From positions 251,908,001-251,972,000 of the forward strand of contig NC_086097.1 in assembly GCF_963921235.1 (NCBI RefSeq): a DNA stretch of 64,000 bases, given 5' to 3'. A model generated the notes under the pieces. It saw only the letters and a list, made by a program, of their open reading frames with translations. It made no database searches and had not been told where the DNA came from. The number at the start of each line of letters is the position of its first letter. Position 1 is the first letter of the stretch. This DNA is from Mobula hypostoma (lineage: Eukaryota). This document shows positions 13,345-24,819 of this stretch, one piece after another. A program made the translations under genes and the position numbers.

Positions 13345-13790
13345 AAACATAGAAACATAGAAAACCTACAGCACAATACAGAACTTACCCCTGACATCTC
13401 CTCTGAACCTGCTTCCAAGCACCTTAAAAATGTGCCTTCTCGTGCTAGCCATTTCAGCCGTGGGGAAAAGCCTCTGACTATTCACACGATCAATACCTCT
13501 CATCACCTTGTACACTTCTATCAGGTCACCTCTCATCCTCCGTCGCTCCAAGGAGAAAAGGCCGAGTTCACTCAACCTATTTTCATAAGGCATGCTCCCC
13601 AATCCAGGCAACATCCTTGTAAATCTCCTCTGCACCCTTTCTATGGTTTCCACATCCTTCCTGTAGTGAGGTGACCAGAACTGAGCACAGTACTCCAAAT
13701 GGAGTCTGACCAGGGTCCTATATAGCTACAACATTACCTCTTGGCTCTTAAACTCAATCCCAGATAGATGAAAGCCAATGAACCGTATGA
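13345..13790 (-). mobile_element. CR1 3' fragment
   Basis: EYCAQFWSPHYRKDVETIERVQRRFTRMLPG; ATAGAAAC tail at ~13345-13360. Confidence 0.9.
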
Positions 13791-14404
13791 TTAGCTTTAA
13801 TAGCATAGAATAGAAATAGATGGGGAGGGATTTTTAAGTTTAAAGCAGAGACAGCAAGTTCCACAACTTCGATGGTATTTCAGACTGCATACGGCATCTA
13901 AAGACAGTCACCCCTCCCCCCCCCAGTTTGAATGAGGAGCTGGGCCCTTTCAGCAGTCAGGCCAGTGATCGACTGGACAGTTCAGAATGGGGTGCCACTG
14001 GGGAGAGGTCCTTGCAGACATCTATATAGAGACCACCCCAACCCCTTCCTGTACATTGATGAGAGGGCCTGGGGGTGCTCCTGGAAAGAGAGTTTCAGCG
14101 ACCAGAGAATGAAGGGGTGAAGACAAGGAATGTGATTAAGCTGCAATTGGCCTGCAGGGAAAGAGACAACAGGCACACGAAAGAAGCTGCTTTTCCAAAG
14201 ATTTGCTCAAATTTCTGGAACAACTTCTCTGCTTAACATTTGGTAGGTAGTGATTGAAGAAATCTAGGGTAGATATTGGCACACAAAATTGGAGGGAGGG
14301 GGATTTCGAAGCAGGGTGTTTTTGCTGCCCTGTTTGAGTAGATCCTCCTAGGTTGGCCTTTCCTGGTACAAATTTAGAATGTTAGATGTTGGTTATAAAC
14401 CGAT

Positions 14405-15392
14405 CACTGGACAACAAATTTTTTCAAACGTGTTGCTTCCTCAGAATTTTTTTTTGTTTATGATAGACTGCTTGAAGATGAACACAAATATAATTTCAGA
14501 CTACTTGTATCACAAAGGAAATTGGAGAAACAACAAATTAACTTTTATGTGTTTAATTGCATAATGGTGCTGATGCTTTGCAACTAAGTTAAAAGTATTT
14601 TGTTAATGATTTTCATTTGTGCTCAGTGTCTGAGGCTTCTCGCTTAAATGTCCAACAATAATTCACCAGCATTGATGGATTCCAGTTGCCCTGGTATCTT
14701 TTCTCCATGACTTCAATGTCCTGGTGAAACCTTTCACCGTGCTTGTCACTAACAGCACCAAGATTTGCAGGGAAGAAGTCTAAATGGGAATGCAGAAAAT
14801 GAATCTGTAGTGACATGTTGCATTTCATGGTTTTATATGCTTGAAGCATGCTTTCAACCAGCTGCATGTAGTTTGGTGCTCTGTAGATGCCGAGAAAAAT
14901 TTCAACAACTTCCTTGAATGCCTTCCAGGTGATTTTCTCCGGTCCCACTAGATATTCTTCAAATTGCCTGTCATTGGTGACCTGTTTGATTTGTGAACCA
15001 ACAAAAATGCTTTCCTTAATCTTGGCATCAGTTACTGTGCGAAGCATCTGTCTTAAATATCAAAATCCTTTATAGAAATTTTTGTGCCTGGTGATAGCAA
15101 ATTCCATCCTTGCAGTCCTGAACCCAATAATTATTACTAAAACCTGTCTTGCTGTGCACAGCCACGCTGCCTAAGCATGCCCAAGCACGCCTGGACAAGA
15201 TAGGAAACTTTCCAGCTTACCTTGTAGGCAACATTTTAATTGACTTGGATTATGGATTGAAATAATAAACATAAGTTTATTTAAAAATGGTGCCTGATAG
15301 GGAAATTTCATGGTGATTTTCATTATCAGTAGCCCAAAATTCATAAGATACACCTAAAGGTATTCAGGAAGCAAAATCTTTATTGTCCAGTG
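14405..15392 (-). mobile_element. Chapaev (CMC/EnSpm superfamily) DNA transposon, internally deleted
   Basis: TIRs CACTGGACAACAAA (14405) and TTTATTGTCCAGTG (ends 15392); ORF 14613-15047 has SLQIHFLHSHLDFFPANLGAVSDKHGERFHQDI...MEKRYQG, the Chapaev3-type transposase C-terminus. Confidence 0.8.
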
Positions 15393-15439
15393 TTATTTAT
15401 TTCATTGGGATAACAGTGTGGAATAGGCCCTTCTGCCCA

Positions 15440-16040
15440 GCAGTGGTTGTGTTCGTCCATCATCAACATCGATGAAGACCTCGACACCATTATGATGGTA
15501 TCGAGACTAGCGCGTGATTTGGATTTAAGTGAGGGAGAGTTGCGCAGCGTCAGCCTCACTCTCTCTTCCCAATTCCCATCTGGATCCAGTGGCAAGACAG
15601 AGTCTAGACGGCTGGAGATGGGACTAGGTGCAGTGGATGACCAGGACGTCTTCTGTGTCTTGTCCTGCTCTACACGTTCCACAACGCTTGCAGAGACCGC
15701 CTTCTCGACCGTTGGACCTTCCATTGGTCTCGTCCGCTCAGTCCGCCGGAGTCTGTCTTCACATGCTGGGATAGACAACTCCCTATCTCACCGAGGGTTT
15801 GAGACCCGTCGGCTACCCTCACCTGGTTTAGCCGGCTTGTCGAAGCCGTTGCCCGGGGTGTGGCCACTGTCGCATGCAAACAGTTACGGGGAGCCACAGG
15901 TGAGAGCTGAGTGCAAGGTGGGGACCAAAGGTGGACTAACCGCCTTGAAAAGGATGCGACATGTTCCCCCAGCAGAGGTGCTACCCCTCCCTGACACCCC
16001 ATACGCCCCAGCTGTGGTTAGGTTGCAATGAAAAGCAACA
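15440..16040 (-). mobile_element. Probable non-autonomous RTE-clade element
   Basis: GGATTTAAGTGAGGGAGAGTTGCGCAGCGTCAGCCTCACTCTCTC...TCCAGTGGCAAGAC resembles RTE-derived repeats from memory; no protein motif seen. Confidence 0.4.
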
Positions 16041-17056
16041 ACCCTCATTCTAGATCTTTCCTCCAGTACACTCCTGAATTTACTAATGCATAAAGAGCAA
16101 CTGACTCCAGCAACGTAACATTGCAAATCTACTTACCTGCTGGGGGCCAGTGAAACAAAGAAAGCTACTAAATACTTGGTTATTCACACAATCACCGCAG
16201 ACAGTGGCCTCTGGCTTCCCTGTCAGTGTTGAGCTGAATTGCCCGTAGAATCGGGCATTTTTATGGTGTGTCTGGAGTCTCGCTGAGGCAGAGCGGTTGA
16301 AGTATGTCTGGACTGGAGTTGCAGAGGTGAGGCAAGGCGAGGAAAGATCCAAGGTTTGATCAATTTAAGAGCCGAGCTGAATTGGAAAGGTCAGGTACTG
16401 GCCGTATCAAGGCAGAGCCTGGGCCCGTGGGAGGGGAGCTGGCTGTGTTGAAGCGACGGAGCCTGAACCTGTGGGACAGGAACGATCCAAGGTTTAGACT
16501 ATTGCCAGGTTGAAGCGGTCGGAGGTGAGAGACGGGCCAGTTTGGCCCGCTGATCCCCAGGGTTCACTCATCTCTCAGCTGGACTGAGCCTGTGGCCTGA
16601 AATTAGTGGACTTCTGGATCATCCGGTGTTGTGAACTTCAGTTCTGAATGCTGTTTGATTGCTTTCATTCTTTGCATAATTTGTTCTGTTTTTCTTTCTC
16701 TCTCTGCATATTGGCTGTTTGGACAGTCTTCTTTTGTTTAATGGGTTCTATTGGGGTTCTTTGTTTCATGGCTGTCTGTGAGAAGATGATTCTCAAGGTT
16801 GTATATTTACTTTGAGAATATAATGTACTTTGAAGGTCAGGCAGTTTCTATGGAGAGGAATAATCAGGTGACATTTCAGGATGTGACCCTTCAACAGGTC
16901 TCAGCCTGAATCGTTGACTGTTTATTCCTTTCCATAGATGCTGCCTGACCTGCTGAGTTCCTCCGGTATTTTGTGTGTGTTACTCTGGATTTCCAACATC
17001 TACAGAATCTCTTGTGTTTATGGGATTTAAATTTGTTTCTCTTTGCTTGAATTTAG

Positions 17057-17237
17057 GCTGCATGCGTGACGTTCGTTTAAATGGTCACCCGTTGCCAATG
17101 GATGGAACGAATACAATATTAACTGCAACCCTGGATCGACGGGGTGTAACACGCAGCTGTCACTCGGATGCCTGTCGCAGTAGGCCCTGTTATATCCCCT
17201 TCTCCTGTGTAGATCTGTGGAGGAAACACGAGTGCAG
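17057..17237 (+). CDS. Cadherin exon: end of LamG2 plus EGF-like repeat
   Basis: tttag|GC acceptor, GCAG|gtaggg donor; 181 nt, phase 1 to 2; GCMRDVRLNG...CHSDACRSRPCYIPFSCVDLWRKHECR. Confidence 0.92.
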
Positions 17238-18699
17238 GTAGGGGATTATCAACAGTACACCTTCTGTGTAAGAATGGATTCTGGAGCATGAGACATTCAC
17301 CCACTTGTGATGGCTATTGCACCGTGGCCCTCTTCCTGCGATGGCCCGTATCCACGTCAGAATCAGAATCACTAACGTATGTTGGGAAATCTGTTGTTTT
17401 GTGGCAGCAGAACAGTGCGATACATTAAAAAACGGCATTGGACAGATACATAGTTAAATGAATGGATAGATAAATAAATTTATTTATTTATTGAGATAGA
17501 GAACAGAATAGTCTGTTCCAGCCCTTTGAACCGCACCACCCAGCAACCCCCGATTTAATCCCAGCCTAATCATGGGGCAATTTACAATGACCAATTAACC
17601 GACCAACAGGTAAGTCTTTGGACTTTGGGAGGAAACAGGAGCACCTGGAGGAAACGCTTGCAGTCACGGTGAGAAAGTACAGACTCTTTACAGGCAGCAG
17701 TGGGAATTGAACACGGGTCGCGAGTACTGGTACTGTAGAGCTAACCACTATGCTACCCTGCCGGCCAGGATAATAATCAGAGTACAGAAGACAACAAACT
17801 GCAAATACAAAGAGAAAGAAACAACAATAGTAGATAAATAAGCAATAAATATCAAGAACAAGAGTCTTTGAAAGTGCTGCAGATTGCAGTGAGAGTAATT
17901 AGAAAGAGATATATTTAGAAGTGTTGTCCACAGTCTGCAGAACGTCACCATGGTGCACAGGCACCATCTTCATAGCAGAAGACAAAGAAAACATTCTGGA
18001 ATTATTGAAGAGCCACTGGTCTACTAAAATTTGGCAACACATCACAGAAACCATCCTCCCCTCCCTGGACTCTGTCCACACTTCTCTCTGCTTCAGTAAA
18101 GCAACCAGCATAATCCAACACCCCACGCACCCTGGACATTCTCAATTCTCCCTCTCCGTTCGGCCAGAGGATACAAAAGGCTCAAGGACAGCTTCTATCC
18201 CACTGATACTGGCTCCACGTTGACAAATACAGTATTGTGCTAAAGTCATAGGCACCCTAGCTATATACATGAATGAATCATTATCATCATCATCATCATC
18301 GTGTGCTGTGTCGTATGACATGGGCAATCATGATTGTTCTTGTCAAATTTTTCGAAAGAAGTGGTTTGCCATTGCCGTCTTCTGGGCAGTGTCTTTACAA
18401 GATGGGTCACCTCAGCCATTATCAATACTCTTCAGAGATTGTCTGCCTGGCGTCAGTGGTCGCATCACCAGGATTTGTGATCTGCACCAGCTGCTTATAC
18501 AACCATCCCCCACCTGATCTCATGGCTTCATGTGACCCCGATCGAGGGACTAAGCAGGTGCTACACTTTGCCCGAGGGTGACCTGTGGGCTAGCGGAGGG
18601 AAGGAGCACCTTACACCTCCTTTGACAGAGATGTATCTCCATCTCACCACCCAACAGGAATAAACAAACATATATAAATAAATAGCTGGAAGATAAATA

Positions 18700-19000
18700 A
18701 ATATATAGGCATTCGTTAGTCTCATGAGACCATGGATTTGCGCTTTGGAAAGTTTCCAGGGCACAGGCCTGGGCAAGGTTGTATGGAAGACCAGCAGTTG
18801 CCCATGCTGCAAGTCTCTCCTCTCCATGATACCAATGTTGTCCAAGGGAAGGGCATTAGGACCCATACAGCTTGGCACCGGTGTCGTCGCAGAGCAATGT
18901 GTGGTTAAGTGCCTTGCTCAAGGACACACACACTACCTCAGCCAAGACTTGAACTAGCGACTAGACAAACACCTTAACCACTTGGCCACGCGCCAACACA
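18700..19000 (-). mobile_element. tRNA-headed SINE, same family as 31881-32185
   Basis: Reverse-complement similarity to 31881-32185 (ORF track gives near-identical peptides at 18561- and 32007+). Confidence 0.8.
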
Positions 19001-19854
19001 GATTGATAGCTAGATAGATAAATAGTGTGAAAGAGGAATAGCATCCTTTAATGTAAAGGAATGGTTTATTTTAACATCTGCAAGAACGTAATGCATTTAA
19101 ACGTGATATACAGTGGAACCACCAGCTGCTAATGTTACTGAGTTAGTTTTGGTACAAAGACGGAGTGAAAAGCTTGTCTTGTATTCTGTTCCTACAGGTC
19201 AGATCATTACTCAGTGCAATGAGGTAGTTCAAGGAAAAACAAAAACAGAATGCAAAATATAGTGTAGATCAGGCAGACAATAAGTTGCAAGGTCCTAACA
19301 GGATAGATTGTGAGGTCAAGAACCCATCTTATTATATTATGGAGCCGTTCAATATTCTTACGGCAGTGGGGAGAAGCTCTCTTTGAGCCTGGTGGTACGA
19401 GCTTACAGGGTTTTGTATCTACTCCCATTGGATGAGGGAAGAAAGGAGAACGCCCAGGGAGGGTGGTGAGACAATGGGAAGTGTCTGTGGAGTCTGTGGA
19501 GGGGAGGCTGAGCTGTCTCCACAACTCTCGTCAGTTTCTTGTGGTCAGGGCCAGAGCAGTTGCCATACCAATGCCTGATGCATTCAGATAACAAGACTGG
19601 ATTCATCTTGTGAGTTTCATTAGGGGATATCTTCCTTCCTCCAGCCTCGCCAGTACGAGCCAAATATATTTGACGACACAACACAGGCTATCAATTTGCG
19701 GGAGGTGTCACTCAGAGTCTTGGGCTCTATATTTGTTTTTTTTTGCGGGACTGTTTTTTTCCTCACTATTTTGAAAGAAATGTGTACATATTGCACATTG
19801 GCCCAGAGAAACGCTGTTTCGTTTGGTGGTATTCATGTGTGGTTGAATGATAAT

Positions 19855-20715
19855 AGATAAGTTTTCTGATGGCTCTGCCATAGTTGGATACATCAGCAAG
19901 GGAGATGAGGCTGATTACAGGGCTACGGTAGGAAACTTCGTCACATGGTGTGAGCAGAATTATCTGCAGCTTAATGTGAAAAAGACTAAGGAGCTGGTGG
20001 TAGACCTGAGGAGAGCTAAGGTACCAGTGACCCCTGTTCCCATCCAGGGGGTCAGTGTGGACATGGTGGAGGATTACAAATACCTGGGGATACGAATTGA
20101 CAATAAACTGGACTGGTCAAAGAACACTGAGGCTGTCTACAAAAAGGGTCAGAGCCGTCTCTATTTCCTGAGGAGACTGAGGTCCTTTAACATCTGTCGG
20201 ACGATGCTGAGGATGTTCCACGAGTTTGTGGTGGCCAGTGCGATCATGTTTGCTGTTGTATGCTGGGGCAGCAGGCTGAGGGAGCAGACACCAACAGAAT
20301 CAACAAACTCATTCGTAAGGCCAGTGATGTTCTGGGGATGGAACTGGACTCTCTGACGGTGGTGTCTGAAAAGAGGATGCTGTCTAAGTTGCATGTCATC
20401 TTGGACAATGTCTCCCATCCACTACATAATGTACTGGGTGGGCACAGGAGTACATTCAGCCAGAGACTCATTCCACTGAGATGCAACACAGAGCATCATA
20501 GGAAGTCATTCCTGTCCGTGGCCATCAAACTTTACAACTCCTCCCTTGGAGGGTCAGACACCCTGAGCCAATAGGCTGGTCAGGGACTTATTTCCTTGCA
20601 TAAATTACATATTACTATTTAATTATTTATGGTTTTATTACTATTTAATTATTTATGGTGCAACTGTAACGAAAACCAATTTCCCCCGGGATCAATAAAG
20701 TATGACTATGACTAA
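19855..20715 (+). mobile_element. Rex1/Babar-type LINE 3' fragment
   Basis: KFSDGSAIVG...LQLNVKKTKELVVDLRR...YKYLGIRIDNKLDW...RLYFLRRLRSF; tail AATAAAG(TATGAC)n. Confidence 0.88.
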
Positions 20716-21067
20716 TTAAACTTGAATTTGATTTGATTTCATGCTCCCCCATTAATAGTCAAGCCGTTGTTTTCCATCAAATCTGCTTTAAAGTTACTTT
20801 CAGATTGGGATGTATTGATCACGTTAAACTGAAACACACAGTGAACTATACTGTTTGTGTTAACAACCAACACAGTTCAAGGATTTGCTGGGGACAGCCC
20901 GCTGGTGTGGCCACACGACAGACCCTGATGCCAGCACAGTGTGCCCACAGTGTTCAGCAGGGCAACGCAGAGCACAGCAGCAGTTCATGTTTTGAGGGGA
21001 GGCTGAGAGGACAAATACTGTTAATTCCAGTTGGACAGGTTCTCATTTTCTTCTCATTCGAGCGCAG

Positions 21068-21321
21068 GTGTCCAGTCGGACAGGTGCCAGTGATAAGGAA
21101 CCAAACTGGGTCCGAGGATTGTGTGACGCCACCGTGCGGAGCGTGGGCGTGTTTCAGTGGAGGCACTTGCATCGCCCGGGCACCGCAGCAGTTCACGTGC
21201 CACTGCACAGAGGGTTACAAAGGGGAGCACTGTGAGATCAGCATAATGACTTCAGGAATGGCAGCAGCCCTGAACGTCAACTCTCTCTTGGTCATCAGCG
21301 TCTGCCTCAGCCTCGTAACAG
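21068..21321 (+). CDS. Cadherin exon: EGF-like repeat plus start of transmembrane helix
   Basis: cgcag|G acceptor, ACAG|gtacag donor; 254 nt, phase 2 to 1; CPVGQ...CFSGGTCIARAPQQFTCHCTEGYKGEHC...NSLLVISVCLSLVT. Confidence 0.92.
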
Positions 21322-21995
21322 GTACAGCTTTCGTTTGTCGCTCTGATATATCTTCACTGAGAGTGGTTGATCGTCACTGACAGGGGTAGGAAGAGTGAGG
21401 AGGTCCTGAAAGGTGAGTTTAGGGAGTCAGGCGCCAAGTTAAAGGACAGGACCTCCAGGATAGCAATCTCAGGATTGCTACCAGTGCCACGTGCAGGCGG
21501 GTTTAGAAATAGTAAGAATATGACATCCATCATTAAAGTCCCCCATCACCCAGGACATGCACTGTCCTCATTGCTACCATCAGGGAGGAGGTACAAGAGC
21601 CTGAAGATACACACTCAACTTCTCCCGCTCCAACAGCAGATTTCTGAATGGTCCATGAACCTGTGAATACCACCTCACAATCTTTAATTTAATTTTTATA
21701 TACTGTATAGTAGATTTTGTCTTATAGAGTATATTTTATAAATAGCACTGTACTGCTGCCACAAAACAACAAATTTCACAGCATACTGTGTGTCAATGAT
21801 AACAAGCCTGATTCTGATTATGTTCTATGTTTTAAATCTACATGATCAGCTTTGTTTTTTAAAAAACTTAATTTTCTTCAGGTTGTCTACAAAATATCAT
21901 TGTACCTTCTTCCGTGTTTGTGACAGAGTGAAATGAAGCTAAGTTTCTGAGATTCAGGATCACTGGAAGCCTATTGTACCTCTTTCATATTTCAG

Positions 21996-22150
21996 CTCTG
22001 GTGATTGGCTTCAGCGTGTGGGGCGTGTGTGCAAAAGCAAAGTTCCAGAAAGGAGGAGTGTACCACATTCCTGTGGAGCACGAGAGTTGGGAAGATATTC
22101 GGGAAAACATCCTGAATTACGACGAAGAGGGAGGCGGAGAACAAGACCAG
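21996..22150 (+). CDS. Cadherin exon: end of TM plus juxtamembrane p120-catenin-binding core
   Basis: ttcag|CT acceptor, CAG|gtattc donor; 155 nt, phase 1 to 0; ALVIGFSVWGVC...EDIRENILNYDEEGGGEQDQ (classical cadherin JMD motif). Confidence 0.95.
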
Positions 22151-22940
22151 GTATTCGCACAAAATGCTGGAGGAAATCAGCAGGTCAGGCAGCAGCTATG
22201 GAAGTGAATAAGCAGTCGATGTTTCAGGCCGAAGCCATTCATCGGGACTGGAAAGGAAGGGGGAAGGAGTCAAGATACAATGGTGGGGGAGCAGAAGAGA
22301 GACAAGCTGGAAGGCGATAGGTGAAGCCAAGTGGGTCAGGTGCAGTTACTCCAGATTCCAACGGATTCCAACGTACTCCAGCTTTATAACAATGTACACA
22401 AGTGACATTTACTTCACATTTCGTAACGTTTGCTGTATGAAAGAACTCCCCATGAAAGTGGTTTTATATTTTATAATTTATTCATTTAGCGATACGTTGC
22501 AGAGTAGACCCTTCCTGCCCTTCAAGCCACACCGCCCCAGCAACCCCCAACAGCCCTCACCTGATCGCAGGACAGTTTACAATGACCCACTAACCTACCA
22601 ACTAGCACGTCTTTGGAACGTGGGAGGGATGCAGAGCACCAGAGGAGAACAGAGAGCGCCAGAACTGAATTCTGAACTCCTGAGCTGTAATAGAGTCACA
22701 CTAACCTCTATGCTACCTACTGACCTGTACGTCTTTGGACTGTGGGAGCAAGCCGGAGCACCCGGAGGAAATCCGCGTGGCCACAAACTGCTCACGGACA
22801 GAGGCAGGAATTTTTAGGAGGGTTGAGTGCTTTTACTCCCTGGTATTTGTAGTCCAGTTCAGCTGATAGGTTGCAGCATTCATTAATGCGCTGAAAGCAA
22901 CAATCTTTAAAATTTGTTTTTAATTGTTTAGAAATAAGTA

Positions 22941-23440
22941 GAACATAGAACATAGAATAGTACAGCACAGTACAGGCCCTTCGGCCCACAATGTTGTGCC
23001 GACCCTTAAACCCTGCCTCCTATATAACCCCCCCACCTTAAATTCCTCCATATACCTGTCTAGTAGTCTCTTAAATTTCACCAGTGTATCTGCCTCCACC
23101 ACTGACTCAGGCAGTGCATTCCACACACCAACCACTCTCTGAGTAAAAAACCTTCCTCTAATATCCCCCTTGAACTTCCCACCCCTTACCTTAAAGCCAT
23201 GTCCTCTTGTATTGAGCAGTGGTGCCCTGGGGAAGAGGCGCTGGCTGTCCACTCTATCTATTCCTCTTATTATCTTGTACACCTCTATCATGTCTCCTCT
23301 CATCCTCCTTCTCTCCAAAGAGTAAAGCCCTAGCTCCCTTAATCTCTGATCATAATGCATACGCTCTAAACCAAGCAGCATCCTGGTAAATCTCCTCTGT
23401 CCCCTTTCCAATGCTTCCACATCCTTCCTATAGTGAGGAG
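22941..23440 (-). mobile_element. CR1 3' fragment (same subfamily as 32470-34020 and 53960-56240)
   Basis: SPHYRKDVEALER...RAPLLNTRGHGFKVRGG; AGAACAT-type tail. Confidence 0.9.
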
Positions 23441-24402
23441 ACCGGAAATGGACACAGGGCCCTTGTGGCTCAATGAGCCCGTGCCCTTCAATTACACCCA
23501 TGTGACCAGTTAACCAACTAAACGGTGCGTCTTTGGACTGTGGGAGGAAACTGGAGCACCCGGAGGAAACCCACTCGGTCATGGGGAGAACGTACAAACC
23601 CCTCACAGTCAGCGGTGGAACTGAAACGTGAGCAATGGCGCAGTAACGTGTTACACTAACGGCTACACTACCATGCTGACCACATCAAACCTGCCAAAAA
23701 GCAGACACTGCGTCTTCCGCAGAGTTGTAATTACAGACCCTTCTCACCGCCACCCCATCTTATGGTTTCTTCCCACGTTCCAAAGGTGTAGGCCTTACAG
23801 TGGGAATGAGGGTTAAAATGAGGAGAGTTTGACAGCCCTGGTCCTGTACCTGTACTCGCTGGAGTTTAGAAGAATGAGGGGGGATCTCATTGAAGCCTAT
23901 CAAATATTGAAAGGCCCCAACAGAGTGAATGTGGAGAGGACATTTCCTATAGTGAGGGTGTCTATGACCTCAGGGCACAGCCTCAGAAAGAGGGACATCC
24001 AGTTAGAACAAAAGTGAGGAGAAATTTCATTAGCCAGTGGGTGGTGAATCTGTGGAATTCATTATCACAGTCAGCTTGGAAACCAAGTCATTTGGTATAT
24101 TTAAAGCGGAGGTTGATAGCGTCTTGATTAGTATGCGGGGTGGGGAGGTCAAAAGTTACGGGGAGAAGGCAGAATGGGATTGAGAGTGATAATAAATCAA
24201 CCATGATAGAATGGCAGAGCAGACTCGATGGGCTGAATGGCCTAATTCTGCTCCTATGCCCTAAGTCTTATGATCTAGGGTTATTCCTCGGACTGTGTTG
24301 GTCATTGACAGTTAATGACACAATTCATTATTTAATTCGATGTACATGTGACAAATCAAGCTAACCTTTACTGGAGTTAATGAAACTTTTAATCTTTTTT
24401 AG

Positions 24403-24819
24403 AATGGCTATGACATCAGTGAACTGAAGAAACCTCTACGTGCGAGTCTGTCGCAATCTTCGTCAACAACATCTGCTCCTCCGGTAAAGGGCTTCGCTGA
24501 TTCTCAGGAAGAGAAGCAACTCAGCTCAAGAACTCACACAAATGTCATTTTTTCTGAACCTCTTCAGTATGGTGTCCCAGACTTCAAAAGCTACGTGTCC
24601 CAGATCATCTGGGATGCAGATAATGACCTGCGGGCTCTTCCAGAGGACACCGTGCATATTTACTGCTTCGAGGGGCAGGGCTCGCTGGCGGGGAGCCTGA
24701 CCACTGTCAACACATCAAACTTCGACGAAGACCTTGGTTCAGAATATCTCAGTGACTGGGGCACTAAGTTCCACAAACTGCAAGAACTCTGCACCCAAAA
24801 GCAGAACAACGGCCTGTAG
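24403..24819 (+). CDS. Cadherin terminal coding exon: cytoplasmic beta-catenin-binding domain to stop
   Basis: ttttag|AAT acceptor; 417 nt open to TAG; NGYDISELKKP...DADND...PEDTVHIYCFEGQGSLAGSL...EYLSDWGTKFHKLQELC (Cadherin_C-like). Confidence 0.93.
   Translation, partial: NGYDISELKKPLRASLSQSSSTTSAPPVKGFADSQEEKQLSSRTHTNVIFSEPLQYGVPDFKSYVSQIIWDADNDLRALPEDTVHIYCFEGQGSLAGSLTTVNTSNFDEDLGSEYLSDWGTKFHKLQELCTQKQNNGL

Larger units (their letters stand above)
7242..14375 (+). mobile_element. Degenerate endogenous retrovirus-like LTR element (5' LTR, PBS, gag/pro/pol relics), interrupted by two CR1 insertions
   Basis: LTR 7242-7641 (TGTT...AACA, AATAAA 7579-7584); PBS TGCTGTCAGGAGTGGGAT 7644-7661; gag CCHC knuckle CYRCGHLRHGWRQC (~11588); protease MLVDTG; RT start FPAVWATHKQDCG and TTNSPICPVK; integrase C-terminus PGDQVMV...PRLIGPQMVLLT...W. 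Confidence 0.8.

Noticed and set aside
15447..16031. 194-aa ORF and overlapping ORFs
   Set aside because: No recognisable domain or exon signals; lies in a probable interspersed repeat.
18273..18581. Poly-His ORF
   Set aside because: Comes from the (CAT)n tail of a retroelement.
20733..21380. 215-aa ORF as a stand-alone gene (likewise 75-482 and 21974-22207)
   Set aside because: Only the spliced cores are coding; the extensions are intron read-through.
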